Positions 9,204 through 10,591 of a stretch of 10,591 bases of DNA are shown piece after piece (the stretch's first letter is position 1; each line of letters begins with the position of its first letter). The notes under the pieces were generated by a model that worked only from the letters and a program-made list of their open reading frames with translations, made no database searches and was not told the DNA's origin. Source of the DNA: a bacterium (GTDB taxonomy: Bacteria > SAR324 > NAC60-12); the NCBI GenBank assembly GCA_965233585.1, contig CBDDTI010000526.1, positions 1-10,591 of the forward strand, read 5' to 3'. A program made the position numbers and the translations under genes.

Positions 9204-9654
9204 CCCCTCGGACGTACAAACTAACTCATACCCTCACCGTGGTACAAGAGGGGAGGTTGGTGGAACCCATCCTTTGGGTGTTCGTTCTGTTACGGCACAG
9301 CGAAATAAACTTGCATTGATTAGATACCCCAATATAGCACCCGTTTTGTTAGATAGGAAGCCAAATGAGGTCATCTGACCCGCCACTAACGGAAAAAATG
9401 CAAAATCAAGATCAAGTCAGAATCGACTTTTAAAAGCTAAAAATTTTCGAATTTCTCGAATTTGACGGAGAAAGCTGAAAAAAGAACACAGAATTATGTC
9501 AGAAAAGTTAATTTTTGGTTAAACCTACATGAAATCTGCGGTTGCCATGGCAACGTTAGAAATTATAGACACACAACTGACATATCATCCTGATGCCTTC
9601 CCCGCCCCCCGCCCCCCCCCCCCTCCCACCTTCCCTCCCTTGCACGTCCGGGAG
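9204..9654. mobile_element. Degenerate piggyBac-like non-autonomous element
   Basis: TCAA|CCCCTCGGACGTACAA ... TTGCACGTCCGGGAG|TTAA. Imperfect ~15-bp TIR, and one TSD copy is mutated. Confidence 0.6.
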
Positions 9655-9789
9655 TTAACTCATACTCTATGATTAAAGAAAAGCGATCAATAACATGTCG
9701 AGTTATTCTCGCATTTTGGTCTTTGCTTCTTATCTATAGGAGGGCAGACACATAAATGACGTCATTAACATTTTTGGTTCTTTAAAATA

Positions 9790-10343
9790 AATAAATTCCA
9801 AGTTGCCGTGCACGTGCGTCTGTTTAGTAATAGAGATCACGGATGACATTAAGAGGTGGTAAGAACTTCAGTGATACACTTGGCTAAAGGTTTGTGTGCT
9901 ACGTTAGAGTCCTTACCGCATTTTGACTTCATCTGTATAGCTATCTTAAGCAATAACGACGGCAGTCGACCGAGAATAGCGTCTGGTGAAAAATAAATTT
10001 ATATTTTACCTTAAACTCTTATTATTGTCTAGATTTGTTCAGGGCACCCGTATCGGTCTCAGAACTTGCCCAAGCTATGTATGTAATGCCAGTGTTCAAT
10101 TCCAAATGAAAATGCGAAAAATTAGCCCCTGTCGTTCGCTTTCTCCATTTAAAATACGCAGAACGTAGACATTTCACGTTGTTGTTGTGCACAGGACGCA
10201 AAGAAATATGCAAAGATTTATAACGCACAAGCATAGCCATTGTTTCGCTCATTGAATCTTTTCTTTCGTGGTGTTCTCGTTGCCGTCGTGGTTTGCTTAA
10301 GGTCCCTGTTACTCTACAGATGCACGGCAACATGCAATCTATT
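9790..10343. repeat. Long hairpin repeat split by a family X MITE
   Basis: The left arm AATAAATTCCAAGTTGCCGTGC..GTCTGTTTAGTAAT..GGTAAGAAC pairs with 9909-9936 plus 10308-10343 (GTTACTCTACAGATGCACGGCAACATGCAATCTATT). Confidence 0.7.
9939..10307 (-). mobile_element. Full-length copy of MITE family X
   Basis: TIRs CTTAAGCAATAACGACGGCA / TGCCGTCGTGGTTTGCTTAAGGTCCCT. Homologous to 7912-8170 and 8188-8703; the spurious ORFs 8015..8272 and 10022..10438 share peptide similarity for this reason. Confidence 0.82.
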
Positions 10344-10591
10344 GGCTTCCCTTGTCCGCATAGTGACGAGATCCAACAAGGTCTAAACAGCTGTCCACGG
10401 TTGCAATTCTTGGCATTCAGTTTGGACTCTATCATCACGTGGTTGTCCCGTTAAGCTTTCTACGCAGTAATCAGCCTTGCATCATTGTTACCTTTCTAGT
10501 CTATAGTCTCTCTGATGAGATCTTTTACAGATCCTACGTAAACCGACAGCATTTTCTTTTGCAGTCCAGTTTGCATCATTGTGCCTGGCCT

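Noticed and set aside
8015..10438. Similar peptides in ORFs 8015..8272 and 10022..10438 suggesting paralogous genes
   Set aside because: The similarity comes from two copies of non-coding MITE family X; there are no transposase motifs.
10531..10591. Possible third exon of the secreted-protein gene (acceptors ending at 10530, 10564 or 10569)
   Set aside because: Several AG candidates give open but unconvincing peptides (e.g. GPVCIIVPG or GLHHCAWP), and the window ends before any donor. It cannot be supported.

Overview
This is intron-rich, AT-rich animal genomic DNA. The repeat landscape looks like that of a cnidarian or stony coral, which is my inference from remembered repeat types. The six-frame ORFs are mostly spurious; the real coding content is spliced. 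On the minus strand are the first six coding exons (3530 to 421, about 179 aa, continuing off the left edge) of UDP-glucose 6-dehydrogenase (UGDH). All six have GT-AG boundaries and consistent phases. On the plus strand, divergently oriented, are two exons (7370-7430 and 8815-8989) of a probably secreted protein: a signal peptide followed by a possible H-type-lectin-like domain. The intergenic region and introns hold many non-autonomous DNA transposons (MITEs) with TTAA, 9-bp, CAG and TA-type target sites, including two nested insertions and a head-to-head pair. There is also a tRNA-derived element. I found no CRISPR array, transposase or prokaryotic system. The most unusual signals are the TACATGTA octamer confined to the UGDH side, the overlapping uORF in the secreted-protein gene and the nested palindromic MITE architecture.
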